Below are positions 48,945 through 62,355 of a DNA stretch of 64,000 bases, piece by piece. The notes under the pieces are model-generated. The model worked only from the letters and a program-made list of their open reading frames with translations. It was not told the DNA's origin and ran no database searches. The position numbers and the translations under genes are program-made. Each line of letters begins with the position of its first letter. Position 1 is the first letter of the stretch. The stretch is from Mytilus edulis (lineage: Eukaryota), in contig NC_092346.1 in the NCBI RefSeq assembly GCF_963676685.1, positions 25,916,001-25,980,000 on the forward strand, given 5' to 3'.

Positions 48945-50368
48945 TATAGGCAGTTTCTTAGCAACAAAACCATGAAGGTCAAAAGTCAGCATTTCTCAAC
49001 CAGGGAATAGAATCAAATCAGAAAAATTCCAATTTTCGATTTAAGAAATTTGTAGTATTTTCTAAAGTTTATACAAAAATGTTGTGATTGGTTCAAAAAG
49101 TCCATAAACAATTTATTGATATTCATCCAATTATTCAACTTCTTATTTTTAATTTTGGGAACCAACAAGGAAATTAACCATAGTCCTTTTGATCCTAAAC
49201 TGCAAATTGTTGCAGAATTTTAGAGGGCGAGGACAAATGTTTTGGGTGTGGTATTTAAGAGGTAAAAAAATGAGGATGTGGGATATAGGGGGTTAAAACG
49301 TTGGGATGTGGGATTAATAAAGATTGATTAAAATCTAATTGATTTGCAGGGGTTTCTGGATTTTCAGATAAGTTACAAGATTTTTTTGTCATTTCGCAGC
49401 TTAGTTATGTTAAGTATTGATCAAGGAAACTGAATATTGGTAGTTTCATTCAACAATAAACTGTTAAAGATCAATCCTAACTTGTATATTTTATTTGGCC
49501 TTTTTTTGGTTTATTTTACATTATGTATTTAGTCTTCCATTTGTACAGTTTTTAAGTTATTTAGGTTGAAAGAATTAGTTTAGTTGCTTGGTCTAATTCA
49601 TAGAAAGTCTAGTATCAGGTGCTTAATAATTAATATATTTATTTAGGGTTTTATTAGTTGTTTTATTTGGTTGTTTTTTTTATTTATAAAATCCTGGTAA
49701 CATTTTTTTAACAAACGTACTGTGAATTTACTATTATTTGTTTCATACCATTTTTTGTGGAGCTTGTGGGTTTATCTACCGGAATATATATATCTATATA
49801 TGGATGAACCATAAAATTAAATATTCAACGAATCCCAAATTGCCTATAGGCTTGTTTGCCATACTGCGAGATTAAGTTTTCTTTAATCCACAAAAATCGG
49901 TTCCCACAAAAAAAAAATTCACAGTAGTGTGTTAACAAAAATTACTTGGTTTCCAGTATCTGTATTAATTTCTGTATGTACCTGAAACAAGGATATATAA
50001 ACAAACCATTGGCTGTGAATTGTAATGCTTTTGTTTTGCTGAATATTATCAAATTTTATTATTCATTTAAGTTGTTTACAAAAGAAGTCCAATAAATACA
50101 TTGCAAGTTGTAGAGATTTTTTTATTTGTTAATGATATTATTTTGTTATACATTTGTTACTTTTTTGTATATTTTTTATTGCTTATATTTTAACGAGGGA
50201 CTATATTGTTATGGATGAGTATATTGAAATATAGTGTTATATGGTCATGTCTAATGGGTAATCTGATTTAATTGTAAAACTGAAATGACAATCAACAAAA
50301 GTCATGAGAGCATTGCATCATTATGATTTTTAAACCAACATATTTTGCATTAAGCTCAGATGTATTAA

Positions 50369-50932
50369 GGGGGCTTGCGGGTCTAAATCCATTTTTTTAA
50401 TTTAATATAGGATTTCTCTATATTTTTCTATAAACGAAATTTATCTTATACTTAAAAGAAAAATGAAATAAAAAAATGGGGTCACCGTTCATTTGCGCTC
50501 ACAATCTGCCTAGGAAAGAAGCATACATTTTTGTTAATGTCCTTTTTTTCTGTTTAACTAATAGGAGAAATATCGGTAATATCGAAATAAAAAAGGAACT
50601 AAATTACAGAAATCGCTTAAATTTTACAATTATTTAGTTTATGTACAGCTTATTCGAAAACAACAATAAAAAACATAGGTCACCGATGAGTTAAAAAAGA
50701 TATTTCAATTTTAATGCCAAAAAATGGCATTTTTACACCAAAGGGAGATAATTTGGAGCTTTTTCAATGATATCAACATTTTAAAAGTCAGCTGGGGCCA
50801 AAACGAATTGATTTTTTGGAATGATTTTTGGATCATATAATAAACTAACAACTACTAAAGGTATTAAAAAAAAATTGTAAGGAAAAATTAAAGTTTAATT
50901 TTTTTCGGAAAATCTTATACCGGCGAGCCTCC
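50369..50932. mobile_element. Non-autonomous element with TTAA TSD (Kolobok-like)
   Basis: TTAA|GGGGGCTTGCGGGT ... ACCGGCGAGCCTCC|TTAA imperfect TIRs. Confidence 0.75.
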
Positions 50933-51687
50933 TTAAGTATGCAGTTTTGCTTTGTTTTCTTGTTTCCATTGAGATATTGAAATTTCATATTACAAACAAA
51001 AATATTGTCAATTTTTTATTGCACTAAAGAAGCCTGCATTGGCATCAATGGGTTTCATAATTAGAAATAGATAGATAAACCGACTTTTTGAGTCTCTAGA
51101 TTAAAATTGTGTAAGATATCCTTAGATAGTTAAATATGCACAAACATTCATTATTTCTTTAAAACCACATTCGAAAACAACAATAAAAAACATAGGTCAC
51201 CGATGAGTTAAAAAAGATATTTCAATTTTAATGCCAAAAAATGGCATTTTTACACCAAAGGGAGATAATTTGGAGCTTTTTCAATGATATCAACATTTTA
51301 AAAGTCAGCTGGGGCCAAAACGAATTGATTTTTTGGAATGATTTTTGGATCATATAATAAACTAACAACTACTAAAGGTATTAAAAAAAAATTGTAAGGA
51401 AAAATTAAAGTTTAATTTTTTTCGGAAAATCTTATACCGGCGAGCCTCCTTAAGTATGCAGTTTTGCTTTGTTTTCTTGTTTCCATTGAGATATTGAAAT
51501 TTCATATTACAAACAAAAATATTGTCAATTTTTTATTGCACTAAAGAAGCCTGAATTGGCATCAATGGGTTTCATAATTAGAAATAGATAGATAAACCGA
51601 CTTTTTGAGTCTCTAGATTAAAATTGTGTAAGATATCCTTAGATAGTTAAATATGCACAAACATTCATTATTTCTTTAAAACCACAT
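50652..51687. repeat. 517-bp near-perfect tandem duplication
   Basis: Units start at 50652 and 51169 (attcgaaaacaacaat...); one substitution noticed (cctgcatt vs cctgaatt). Confidence 0.9.
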
Positions 51688-51927
51688 AAATAAATGAATT
51701 CACAGTATACATTTATATTAGCAATATTCAGCTTTAACTTGTCAATAAATATTTAATAGCAGGCACATCACTTTTATATGACTTCAAATATTTGACCATG
51801 TATTTTTAGTCACAAAGATACTTCAATAAACTATGTAACCGTTGCACTAGATCTGTGTGTGTGTATTTCCACATAATGATATATAAGGCAACAAAATCTG
51901 CTGTTAATCAAAATTCTGCTCAATTTA

Positions 51928-52072
51928 CAGGGGGGGGGGGGGGGTTCCGGGGGTTGGAACCCCCTCTTTTTTTTGGCCGATCAATGCATTTGAATGGGAG
52001 CGTATAGTTGGAACCCCCCCTTTACTCTGGGTTGGGAATCCCCCCTTTTTTAAATGGCTGGATCCGCCCCTG
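51928..52072. mobile_element. GC-rich MITE remnant
   Basis: Starts CAGGGG, ends CTGGATCCGCCCCTG; internal GGAACCCC repeats; left TIR partly lost. Confidence 0.55.
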
Positions 52073-54285
52073 ATTTGAGATACGATATATACAAAACATG
52101 AGGATATGTTTGAAATAGTTTATTGACTGAAAATTTAGAAAATGCTTGTTTACAAAATTTGTACTTGAATGTATTATCTTGTTCACTTAATGCACTATAA
52201 AGTTGATCTAAGTGACTGTCCTAACCAATCCAATAGCTATTTTAAAAATAAAAACATCATCAATTTTTTATTCATATTTTCATGTAATAATCAAAAATTC
52301 TTTCTTTTTAGGTGTGGATAATTATTACTTTTCTTCATTAAGACTTTTACAAAATGCATGTAAAGAATTTACAAATTGGAATATCATTGAAAGAAGTTTC
52401 TATTTCATGCACAGGATTATTTATGAATCAACCCTTATTTGTGTCTCCTATTTATTTGTATTGTAGTACTGAAATGTTATGTATTAATGTTGTCATTTGA
52501 ATGTTATATTTAACATTGCCATTAAAGCGGGAGGTTTGGCATGCCACAAAACCAGGTTCAACCCACCATTTTTTTCTTTAAAAAATGTCCTGAACCAAGT
52601 CAGGAATATGGCCATTGTTATATTATAGAATGTTTCTGTGTGTGTTACATTTAAACATTGTGTTTCTGCTGTGTCGTTTGTTTCCTCTTATATTTGAGTG
52701 TGAATTCACATTACAATAAGACGTGTCACGGTATTTTTCTATCCCGAATTCATGTATTTAGTTTTGATGTTATATTTGTTATTCTCATCGGATTTTGTCT
52801 AATGCTTAGTTCGTTTCTGTGTGTGTTACATTTTAATGTTGTGTCGTTGTTCTCCTCTTTATATTTAATGTGTTTCCCTCAGTTTTAGTTTGTAACCTGG
52901 ATTTGTTTTTTCTATCGATTTATGAGTTTCCAACAGCGGTATACTACTGTTGCCTTTGTTTATGAGTAAGCAAATCAAATAAGAAAAATAAATTTGATGT
53001 GATGTAAGAAAAGAAAATTTGTTAGAAATCCATATGCTAGGTGATGTTTGTTATAAGTAGTTTTTTGAGATGTCACAAATAAGGGTTGATACTTTGGTAT
53101 TCATAAATAATCCTGTGCATTTAATATTACTTACTATAGCATATAATGCATAAGAATATATGTTAATTTGTATTCAAATTATCATTGGGAATATATTCTA
53201 TGAATACATTTAAAAATAGTTGTTTACGTTGCAAAACTATGGTTCATTCAAATAAATAGATAACACTTGGAAAATGATATTTTTTATTTATACATGAGAT
53301 AAATTTTTTATTTATACATGAGATAAAATGAAGTGGTAGTAAGCAATTTTAAGCAGCCATATGGCCTACAACAATGAGAAAAAACCCATACCACATAATT
53401 GTCTATAAAAGGTCCTGACATGAAAAATTTGAAATAATTTGTATCCTTTTATTTGCTATCGCTTGAATGTTATACACAACTGGGTACTATACACAGCTAC
53501 GTACGGTAGTCAAATAAATTTGACAATTACTAAAGATGTGCTTCATATTCATTGGATTGTATATAAAAAATGCACAAGTTCACCTTGCACAGTTTTCTGA
53601 AATAACCTTCATAACGTATGCTTGAAACAAAAGTTTGGAAAGTCAAAAATATGTATTTTGATAACTAATTCTATGGCAGATCCCATTCCATGCGTGCTCA
53701 GCTGCTTTAGTTATTATGAGACATATATGGAGTGTTACAATGTATTACTTAAATATCAACCAATTAAGACTGGCCAAAAAGATAAAGCCATGTTGCTGAA
53801 AGTGGTAAGCAACAACAAGCAAACAAAGTATTGAATAGAAAGTATACTACCACTGGTACTGTTAAATAACCATACATACACATATTTCATTTTGAACGAG
53901 AAAGTTCGGTACGACCTTATCTGTCATGCTTCATTCCCAGATGATAAATGTATAAGATGTGTAGTCTATTTAAAGATCCTAAAACTCTGTAATTTTGATA
54001 CTACTTTGAGGCAATTTTTATGAAAGGTCTATTGCTACAATGGTTTTTACCACATTTTTCAGCCATAGAAGCTTTATGAATTGTCTCAATTAATGTTAAA
54101 AAATGACAGATATTTAACCAATTTATAATATTAAGCTATTACGTTTACCAGTACTTTTATTAGAAGGATATAGACCATTATCTTACTTTCTTGGAATATA
54201 ATTGGTTTATAGTGAACATTACGGAAATGTGGGAGTGGTTTATTTTAAAAGGTTAGTAGTAGCTTGCAGTGACTTTCTTTAAAAC

Positions 54286-54758
54286 TATATGGTCCGAGAC
54301 CACAATTGTCGTCCCTTGATTTTCGTTGTCCACGAATAGTCCCTAGTGTTGACAGTGGGTTACTTGCCATTAATTTGTATACCCCTTCCAAATTTTTTTC
54401 ATCATGTTTAATGCATCAAATTGCAAGTAGGGGAGGGGGGGGGGGGGGGGGAATTACACTGTACAAAAATTTGGGTCCAGAATTTTAATGGAAAGTAGTG
54501 ATTTGGTCCAGCTGAAAAAGGTTGAAAAATTAGCACTTTGGAAGCTGTCAAAAGATTTCAAGACGCCCTAAACATAAAATTGTCCATATTTTGAGTTAGA
54601 GCCGATGAAGTTTTCTATAATTTTGATATAATTTGTCCCAAAAGTAGTACAACACACTGTAAAAATTTCATTGAGAAAGCGCAGGTGGGATTTTTTTAAT
54701 TTTCATTTATGTTCTAAAAGAAATGCACTACGAAATAATTGTGGTCTCGGACCATATA
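54286..54758. mobile_element. ~470-bp MITE
   Basis: Perfect 22-bp inverted ends TATATGGTCCGAGACCACAATT / AATTGTGGTCTCGGACCATATA (includes the probable TA/TATA target). Confidence 0.85.
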
Positions 54759-55278
54759 CATTTGTACTAGTGCCTGTATATACATAAAAGGTTCATCATA
54801 ACAAACGGACAAATATGGTTGTATTTACATGCCAAAAACTCCTCTGAGACTTACCTGTCCAGTTGGAAAAGTTTTTTAATGCCTGGCATCCACTAGATAT
54901 ATAAAAGTTAAATGCATTTTATGTTTCAGAAAGATAAAATCTCTTTTCGATATTAATGGGCATTTTTTTTTCTTCATGCATAAGGTGTGAAAATTAACTA
55001 AGTTGTGGTACAACTTTGAGATGCTCCCTAAGGTAAAAACTTTTGACTTGCATATAAACTTAACTATTTCTTCTGGCATTGTCAAACTGTCACTCTATTG
55101 TAATTTACAAAGATTCTGAAATATTTGCTACTGGTCATAAAACAAAAAATAATAAATCCATAGAAATAGTGAAGCAGTCAACCTGATAAGCGTATAAAAC
55201 CCATGCTAAGAGAGCATGTTGACTGAAATTTTTAATTATAAATACTGAGTTTAGAACTGTCAGATGAGTATATGAAGG

Positions 55279-56142
55279 TTGTTTCTTTATTATTATGAGG
55301 CTGACTTCATGCAGGCACTTCTTAGGAAGAAAGATAAAAAGTTAGCAATATCCTTTAACTCTACTTTTCGCTATATAGATGATGTTCTTTCACTAAATAA
55401 TTCAAAATTTGGTGACTATGTGGAATGCATCTATCCAATCGAGCTAGAGATAAAGGATACTACAGATACAGTTACGTCGGCCTCATATCTTGACTTACAT
55501 CTAGAAATTGACAATGAGGGTCGGTTGAAAACAAAACTTTACGACAAAAGAGATGATTTCAGCTTTCCAATTGTGAACTTTCCATTTCTAAGTAGCAACA
55601 TTCCAGCAGCACCTGCATACGGGGTATATATCTCCCAGTTGATACGATATTCCCGTGCTTGCATTTCCTATCATGATTTTCTTGATAGAGGGTTGCTGCT
55701 CACAAGGAAGCTATTAAACCAAGAGTTCCAAATGGTGAAGTTGAAATCATCCCTTCGTAAATTTTACGGACGCCATCACGAGTTGGTTGACCGTTATGGA
55801 ATAACCGTTTAACAAATGATATCGGATATGTTCCCTACATCGTAACTACAATCCCCTTCCCTTTCATGAATGTAACCTACCGAATTAGACCATTTACAGG
55901 ATTTGTTATCACATAAGCAACACGACGGGTGCCGCATGTGGAGCAGGATCTGCTTACCCTTCCGGAGCACCTGAGATCACTCCTAGTTTTTTGGTGGGGT
56001 TCGTGTTGTTTATTCTTTAGTTTTCTATGTTGTGTCGTGTGTGCTGTTGTTTGTTTGTCTTTTTCATTTTTAGCCGTGGCGTTGTCAGTTTGTTTAAGAT
56101 TTATGAGTTTGACTGTCCCTTTGGTATCTTTCGTCCCTCTTT
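55279..56142 (+). mobile_element. 5'-truncated Penelope-like retroelement (RT C-terminal half plus 3' UTR), probably Naiad-type
   Basis: LFLYYYE...FRYIDD...SYLDL...TKLYDKRDDF...SNIP...YGVYISQLIRY are PLE RT/thumb motifs. The ORF stops at 55812 with no GIY-YIG domain after it. The 3' tail recurs elsewhere in the window. Clade assignment is inference. Confidence 0.8.
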
Positions 56143-56240
56143 TACTTTTAATGCCTTCTGTTGGTCACTGTAACTGAACAAAATATCTTTCTCTTTCCAA
56201 CAACTATTCTTTCTAGCTGCAGTCCATATCTTTAGACAAC

Positions 56241-56912
56241 TTTTTGTCGAGCCTTCGACTTTAGTCGAAAAGGCGATACTAAGCGATTTTACAATTCGGC
56301 GGCGGCGGCTGCGGCCACAAATATTCACTCTGTGGTTAAAGTTTTTGAAATTTTAATAACTTTCTTAAACTATACTGGATTTCTACCAAACTTGGACAGA
56401 AGCTTGTTTATGATCATAAGAAAGTATCCAGAAGAAAATTTTGTAAAAATAAATTTCCATTTTTCCGTATTTTACTTATAAATGGACTTAGTTTTTTTGC
56501 CAGAAACAAAACATTCACTCTATGGTTTAAGTTTTTAAAATTTTTATAATGTTCTTAAACTATCCTGGATTTCTACCAAACTTGGACAAAAGCTTGTTTC
56601 TGATCATGTTAAGATATTATTCAGAAGTAAATTTTGTAAAAAAAAAAAAAAACACTTTTTCCGTATTTTACTTATAAAATTGAGAATGGACTTAACAGTT
56701 AACATTACATACAGTCTGCAGTTAAAGTTTACAAAACATTTATTAGATTCATAAACTATCCTGGATTTGTATTTTCCAAACTTGGAAGCTTCTTTCAATC
56801 AAAAGACAGTATCGAGAGGGATATTTTTATTGATGTTTTCCTCATTTTTGTTGAGTCTGCGATTAACAGCAAAAGTAGGCGAGACACTGGGTTCCGCGGA
56901 ACCCTTACGAAT
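56241..56912 (+). mobile_element. HINE with ~190-bp internal tandem repeats
   Basis: T-tract flanks, 5' hairpin ttcgactttagtcgaa, (GGC)n microsatellite, 2-3 tandem units, perfect 3' palindrome GGGTTCCGCGGAACCC at 56889-56904. Confidence 0.8.
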
Positions 56913-57695
56913 TTTTTGTTCAATATTTTCTGATTTTTTTTTTTAAATACTTGCCACTGAACATTATGTCAGACAAGTTTTGCACTACTACGAAGGATAG
57001 GTTTCTGGTTGTAATTATATTATTAGGTATTAATGTGTTGCATGCATATTGCAAACAAACTAAGTTCTAAATGCTAGGGTTTTTTGTACATTTGTCCTAA
57101 CTTTTCATACCTCAGGGCTTCATTTGCTACAGGAAGTACTTTAGTATTGCTTGTCAATCTGAACAGATTTATGACTTCGTCATATAAAACAGTCTAAAAA
57201 TTGCATGACATAGTCCAATACGGAAATATAAACATCAACAAATTTTAGGACCATACAAATTCATATCTGCATGTATAGCAATATGTCTATATAAACTAAA
57301 TCTATTGGATGTGGACTGCTTTGTATTTTCATTTGTTATTATTTATTTATAAGTTTTCAAAGGCTTTGAACTTGTTTCAGTAGCTACGAGTTTTCACCGA
57401 CTGGTGCTTTGTGTCTTTTGAGGTTTTTTGTTAGTAGTATTTTTGTGTTACATGCCAAGTTCTATAAGACCATCAAAAAGAAAGAAAAACTTCAGTATCA
57501 CAACTATATATGCCATTGTATTGTCTCTTGTACCGCAGCTTGAATGAAATCATATTCTTGTTGAATATATAATGCAGAAATATTCCACAAAATTAATGAC
57601 AGTAAAATCTGATATCCTAGTATTTAAGTTATAAAATCATATTTGGAATCGCAGCAGCATTTATATATGTGTGTTATCCTTTGCATTTACCCAAC

Positions 57696-60222
57696 AAGGA
57701 AAACATTAATAGTAACGTTACGCACGCTGTTCCTACAACCCCTAGGATTTGTAACACAATCTTCGAAATTTCCTCCGCAAAACAAAATAAAAATGTTAGC
57801 AAACACGAACCACTATAAAACAAATTCAATATATGTTTTAAATTATGTTTTTATAGCTCTTGATCATATACTAAGTAATATCTAGTATATTTGAGGATTA
57901 AAATAACAAAGCTATGTGAAAAAAACGGATGTCCAACGTTACATTTATGAAAAACTGTTTTGACTCTTATGTATAGTGATCATATTTCTTATTCTCTGAT
58001 CTTCCGGAAACTTGGCAGGAACAACGGTATGTGTCGGTTCTTTGTGGCGTTAAAGCCGTAATTTTGCCAAATTTCATTTGACTCGGTGGCCGCATATTAA
58101 GCTTGAATAAGAAAAATGTCCAACGACGTTTTTCGGTAACTTAACGACTGAAAGTGAATTTTATAAGTAGATATAGCGAAAAACGAATAAAAAGAGTAAG
58201 ACAATAACAACATCTACCAAAAGTACAAATATTTACCTCATTGTTCGTGAGTTCAAATATTGCAGATTTTATAAAATCTTCTCTACACAGTCGTTTTTCA
58301 AGCGGTAGCCATTTTGTCCAAGTTGATATTTCATTTTTCAAAGCAGTTAACGCGTATTTTTTAACTGATATTTCAATAAGTTATTTATAATTGATCAAAA
58401 CAAAAGTTAGATACACGAAGAGTACAAAATGCCAAAATTCTTTTCTTATTAACTACATATTTGGGTCTTTAAGGAATAAATTTTTTCAACACATTACAAA
58501 ACGGTAGCCATTTTGTCCAAACGTCGAAAAATCCGAAAAACGCTAATTTCCGACGTTACATGTCCTAAAGTTTCAATTAAATGTTCATGATAATTAAAAC
58601 AAATCGTTTGATGAAATTTGGAAAAAGATGTTGATGGCTGCCGATAAAAAAGAATAGTGCATGTTGCTACATGTATAGACTCCGACCGGGACATAGATTC
58701 GACACAGGTTAAATTTTGCAATTTTTATTGGTCGTTTATAGCTTTTATCGATTTATTTAAAAGAATCGTGAAAAGGGAAATTAAATCGCATTACATGAAC
58801 TTCGTTCAACTTTTGCAAAGACAAATTGGAAACACCAAGACAATCCTCTAAATGTAAAATGCGAATTTTAATTTATGTTGCGGAAGGACTGCGAAATAGA
58901 TCTTTTAAAGTAGTCTCTTCAGTAAGGTGTATTCACCAATTATATTAAAAGACTTAATACAAGTTCACGGAATGTTTTACCTTGCAATTTGTCCTGCTAT
59001 TCATGTTATAACTGAAAGTTATTCCTATACTACATGTACTAGCAAAGCCGGAACTTTTCGTCGATATTAACTTGTGCATGAAATTGAGGTAATTGAAAGA
59101 CAAACCCAAAACAGCGACGAAAACCGTTTCATTGAATTAATAAAACCCGGGATTGTATTATCCGTTTTTACGGACAAATCAAGAGTAGATTACTTTATTT
59201 TAAAATGTATATCAGAAGTTAAACAATTTAAGCAAGCAACTTTAAAAGACTTGGAAAATAATTCTCAAGCCAAGATTTAAGAAATTGAAGGGGTGTATTT
59301 CGACAAATTATGTGCTAAGAAAAATACAATTCTATTCAAATTAATCAAGGTTTAACATGTTTCGATTTGCTTGCAGAGTGTCAGATATATTTGTATTGGG
59401 GTTGAATTAAGATATAAAATTTTACAATAATAGATGATATGCACCATGAAAGTTAAACATGCTATGATAAAAGTTTTGCACATTATTTATGGAAACCGTA
59501 TACATGTACTTCCGTCCAATTTTTCCTTCCTACATTATTTGCGACAGTAAGCACTGCATTTTTAGGTAAAATAACTTAAAAGGTAAACATTATTAAATCG
59601 ATTTCCACAACTTGAAGTAATTTATGATAAAATGATATCACAAAAAGAACAGAACCAGAATCAACCAACAACATATAAAAAAAACGAATAAAACTTGCAA
59701 AAATTAATCAAAGTCAAAAACCCTCTTTGACGCCGTATTTTTAGTGTAACGTCGTGTTGTAGGAACATCGTGCACAACGTTAGTGCGTGTTTCCAATATA
59801 AGGTAACACGATACCGAATGGCATATCTTCCGATTTCCAAAATTTTTGGCATACGTCTACTTTAAATCGAGTTACATCGGAATATGTAATAAAAAATGGG
59901 GGTCACCATTTTTGTTTTTTTGTAATTTTCATAGGAAAACGTCAATTTTGGCGACAAATTTACTTAGGTATATAGGGGAAATGCCTTTTTTTCAGCTTAC
60001 CTTTTTAGATTTTCGAATGGATGGCTATTTTCTTATATACGGAGAAAAACAAAAAACTAACATAATATCCAGGATTGCATAGTGAATCCATACACGTATA
60101 GAAACTCATATGTCACCATCCTTGTTTTTGAAATAAATGGCTTCAAAGTTGATCGATAGGCCTAAAACTTGACCAAAAACGTGTGACGTTATGGTGTACG
60201 GAATATAACGTTATTCCTTCTC
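57696..60222. mobile_element. Possible decayed DNA transposon
   Basis: aacgttacgcacgctgttcctacaac (about 57714-57739) is inverted at about 59756-59781 with 3 mismatches; CpG-rich relative to flanks; broken coding-like stretch at 58860-59400. Ends and TSD unresolved. Confidence 0.35.
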
Positions 60223-61737
60223 AGAGAAATGGAGAGACAAATATGTGTCGGGATCTGAATGAGTATATTTTATTTTCATTTCCCCTGTCGACTGTCGTAA
60301 AGTTCCTAGTAATTCAATATAAAATTCTACTGAATCAAATATAATTTTATTTCATCCTGTACAAGGAATTTCACTCATATGAATTAATATTAATATCGTC
60401 TGATTTTCACATCAAACGAGCATATACTTGAAACTTGCGTGAACAGGTTCCATGTGAATCTCAATTTATGATAATAGTTCATGCATAAATCACCGGAATT
60501 TTTTACACGTTAAGTTCACGTAAATATTTGAAATAAAATTATTTAAATAATATCTTTGTTCTAAAATTTGATTAAAACAATAAAAAGTACCTTCAGATTT
60601 ACGTGAAAATTAAATGAAACATTTCACGTGAGATTCATCCGAATTACTGATTTTTAACTCCATCATATTAGACAATGGTGGCATCATCACTGCATCCCGT
60701 GATGCAGAAATATAGTTTTTTTACAAATTTGATTCATTTAACAGTTTTTTAATTACTCGGTTTGATGGTTGTTTAACGTTCAGTGGCAAATAGTTCATGC
60801 ATGCTCGGGACGATACAATACAGTTTTGAAAACAGTTGTTTATAAAAGGCACATTTGATGCATCACTCAAAAAAGATCAATAATTCTGTTATTTGTGAAA
60901 ATAATGAGGAAAAATAATGATCCTGATAAAATACACATTACAAAAAATAAAATAACAAAACTCCAAGAAAAATTCAAAACGAAAAAATCCCTTATCAAAT
61001 GACGAAATCAAAAGCTGAAAAACATCAAAAGAATGAAAAACAGCTGTCATATTCTTGACTTGGTACATACAATACATGTAATTTTTATGTTACAATAAAT
61101 GGTAGCAATATCTAACGTTATAAGTTACACGGCGACTTTTATAGCTGTTTATCCGTTATGGGCTTTTCTCGTGGTTGAAGGCCGTATGGTGACTTATAGT
61201 GGTAAATTTCAGTTTCAGCGGTCTCTGGTAAAGAGTTGGTCTCATTGGCTATCATACCACATCTTCTTAATAATCTTAGCCAATCAAGATTTGAGTTGAG
61301 AGCACTTGCCACGTTTGAGAATAACTTGTATTTCGTTCCAGATGATTTGCATCTTACGCGAGTCTATTTTGTGTCTTCCCTTTATACATGATTCCATTTT
61401 GACTTCTCATTTAATATAAAAAAAAACATGTCAATCAGGGATAAAAATAACGAAAATTTAACATAATACAAAAAACAGTGATAGAATATAGAAAATTTTA
61501 AATAAAACAAAATAAAATTTATAAAACTACAGCTTTTTCCTGTCGTTTGTCACAAGAAAACATTCGAAAAAATGCCTGAATGTTTGCTGTAACTGTGTTT
61601 TTCTTTCCGCCATTGGTGGTATTTATTATATCAATGTTTTCCTCCTTAACATCCACACTTTGAGATTCTTTCTCCATTTCATCTATATTTTTCTCTTCTC
61701 CTTTCTTTGTTTTGTTTTTCTTCGTTCCGTCTATAGC

Positions 61738-61846
61738 TTGTGTTTCCTTCTTCTCTTGATCATTCTTATTTTCTGTTTCTTTCTTTGTTGTGTTTCCTTC
61801 TTCTCTTGATCATTCTTATTTTCTGTTTCTTTCTTTGTTGTGTTTT
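61738..61846. repeat. 50-bp tandem repeat in a pyrimidine-rich tract
   Basis: tgtttccttcttctcttgatcattcttattttctgtttctttctttgttg occurs at 61741 and 61791. Confidence 0.9.
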
Positions 61847-62225
61847 TCTTTATATCATTCTGTTTTCCCTTTTCCATCATTGTTTCTTCTTTCCATTATT
61901 TACACCTTCTTTCTCCATTTTCTTCTTTTCTGTAAAACGCAGGTTTAAAAATCAAATACGTTCATGAAAGTTTAAAATTAAATAAGTTCATGAAAGTTTA
62001 AAATTAAATAAGTTCATGAAAGTTCAAATCATAATATAAAAACTAGAAGTGTTGTTATGTTGCAACGTAACAGTTATTTATTAAAGACTAAAGAACAAAA
62101 AAGGTTTTTTATTGCATTGAAATTTATAAATATAAATACAAATATAATTATAACTTGTCGTTGAACTCAAAATGATGATCGATGAAAAATCTGCTGATTC
62201 ATATCGTATCATTTTTATTTCTGAC

Positions 62226-62342
62226 TAGCTGCAGAACCGTAGCTCTAATAGGTCCTTATGTTATTTGTTGACTATTTGAGGACCATATCCGCAAATAGTC
62301 AAAAAATAACATAAGGACCCAAGAGCTACGGTTCCGCAGCTA
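62226..62342. mobile_element. 117-bp foldback hairpin MITE
   Basis: ~55-bp arms nearly fully complementary; flanked by ATTTCTGAC (62217-62225) and ATTTCTGAT (62343-62351). Confidence 0.8.
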
Positions 62343-62355
62343 ATTTCTGATTATC

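Noticed and set aside
55866-55902. SECIS-like ATGA...AA...GA pattern in the Penelope-like 3' UTR (some Naiads are reported to encode selenoproteins)
   Set aside because: Only 15 nt separate AA and GA and the helix pairs for about 5 bp, short of a canonical SECIS; no in-frame TGA in the remaining ORF. SECISearch on the family consensus would settle it.
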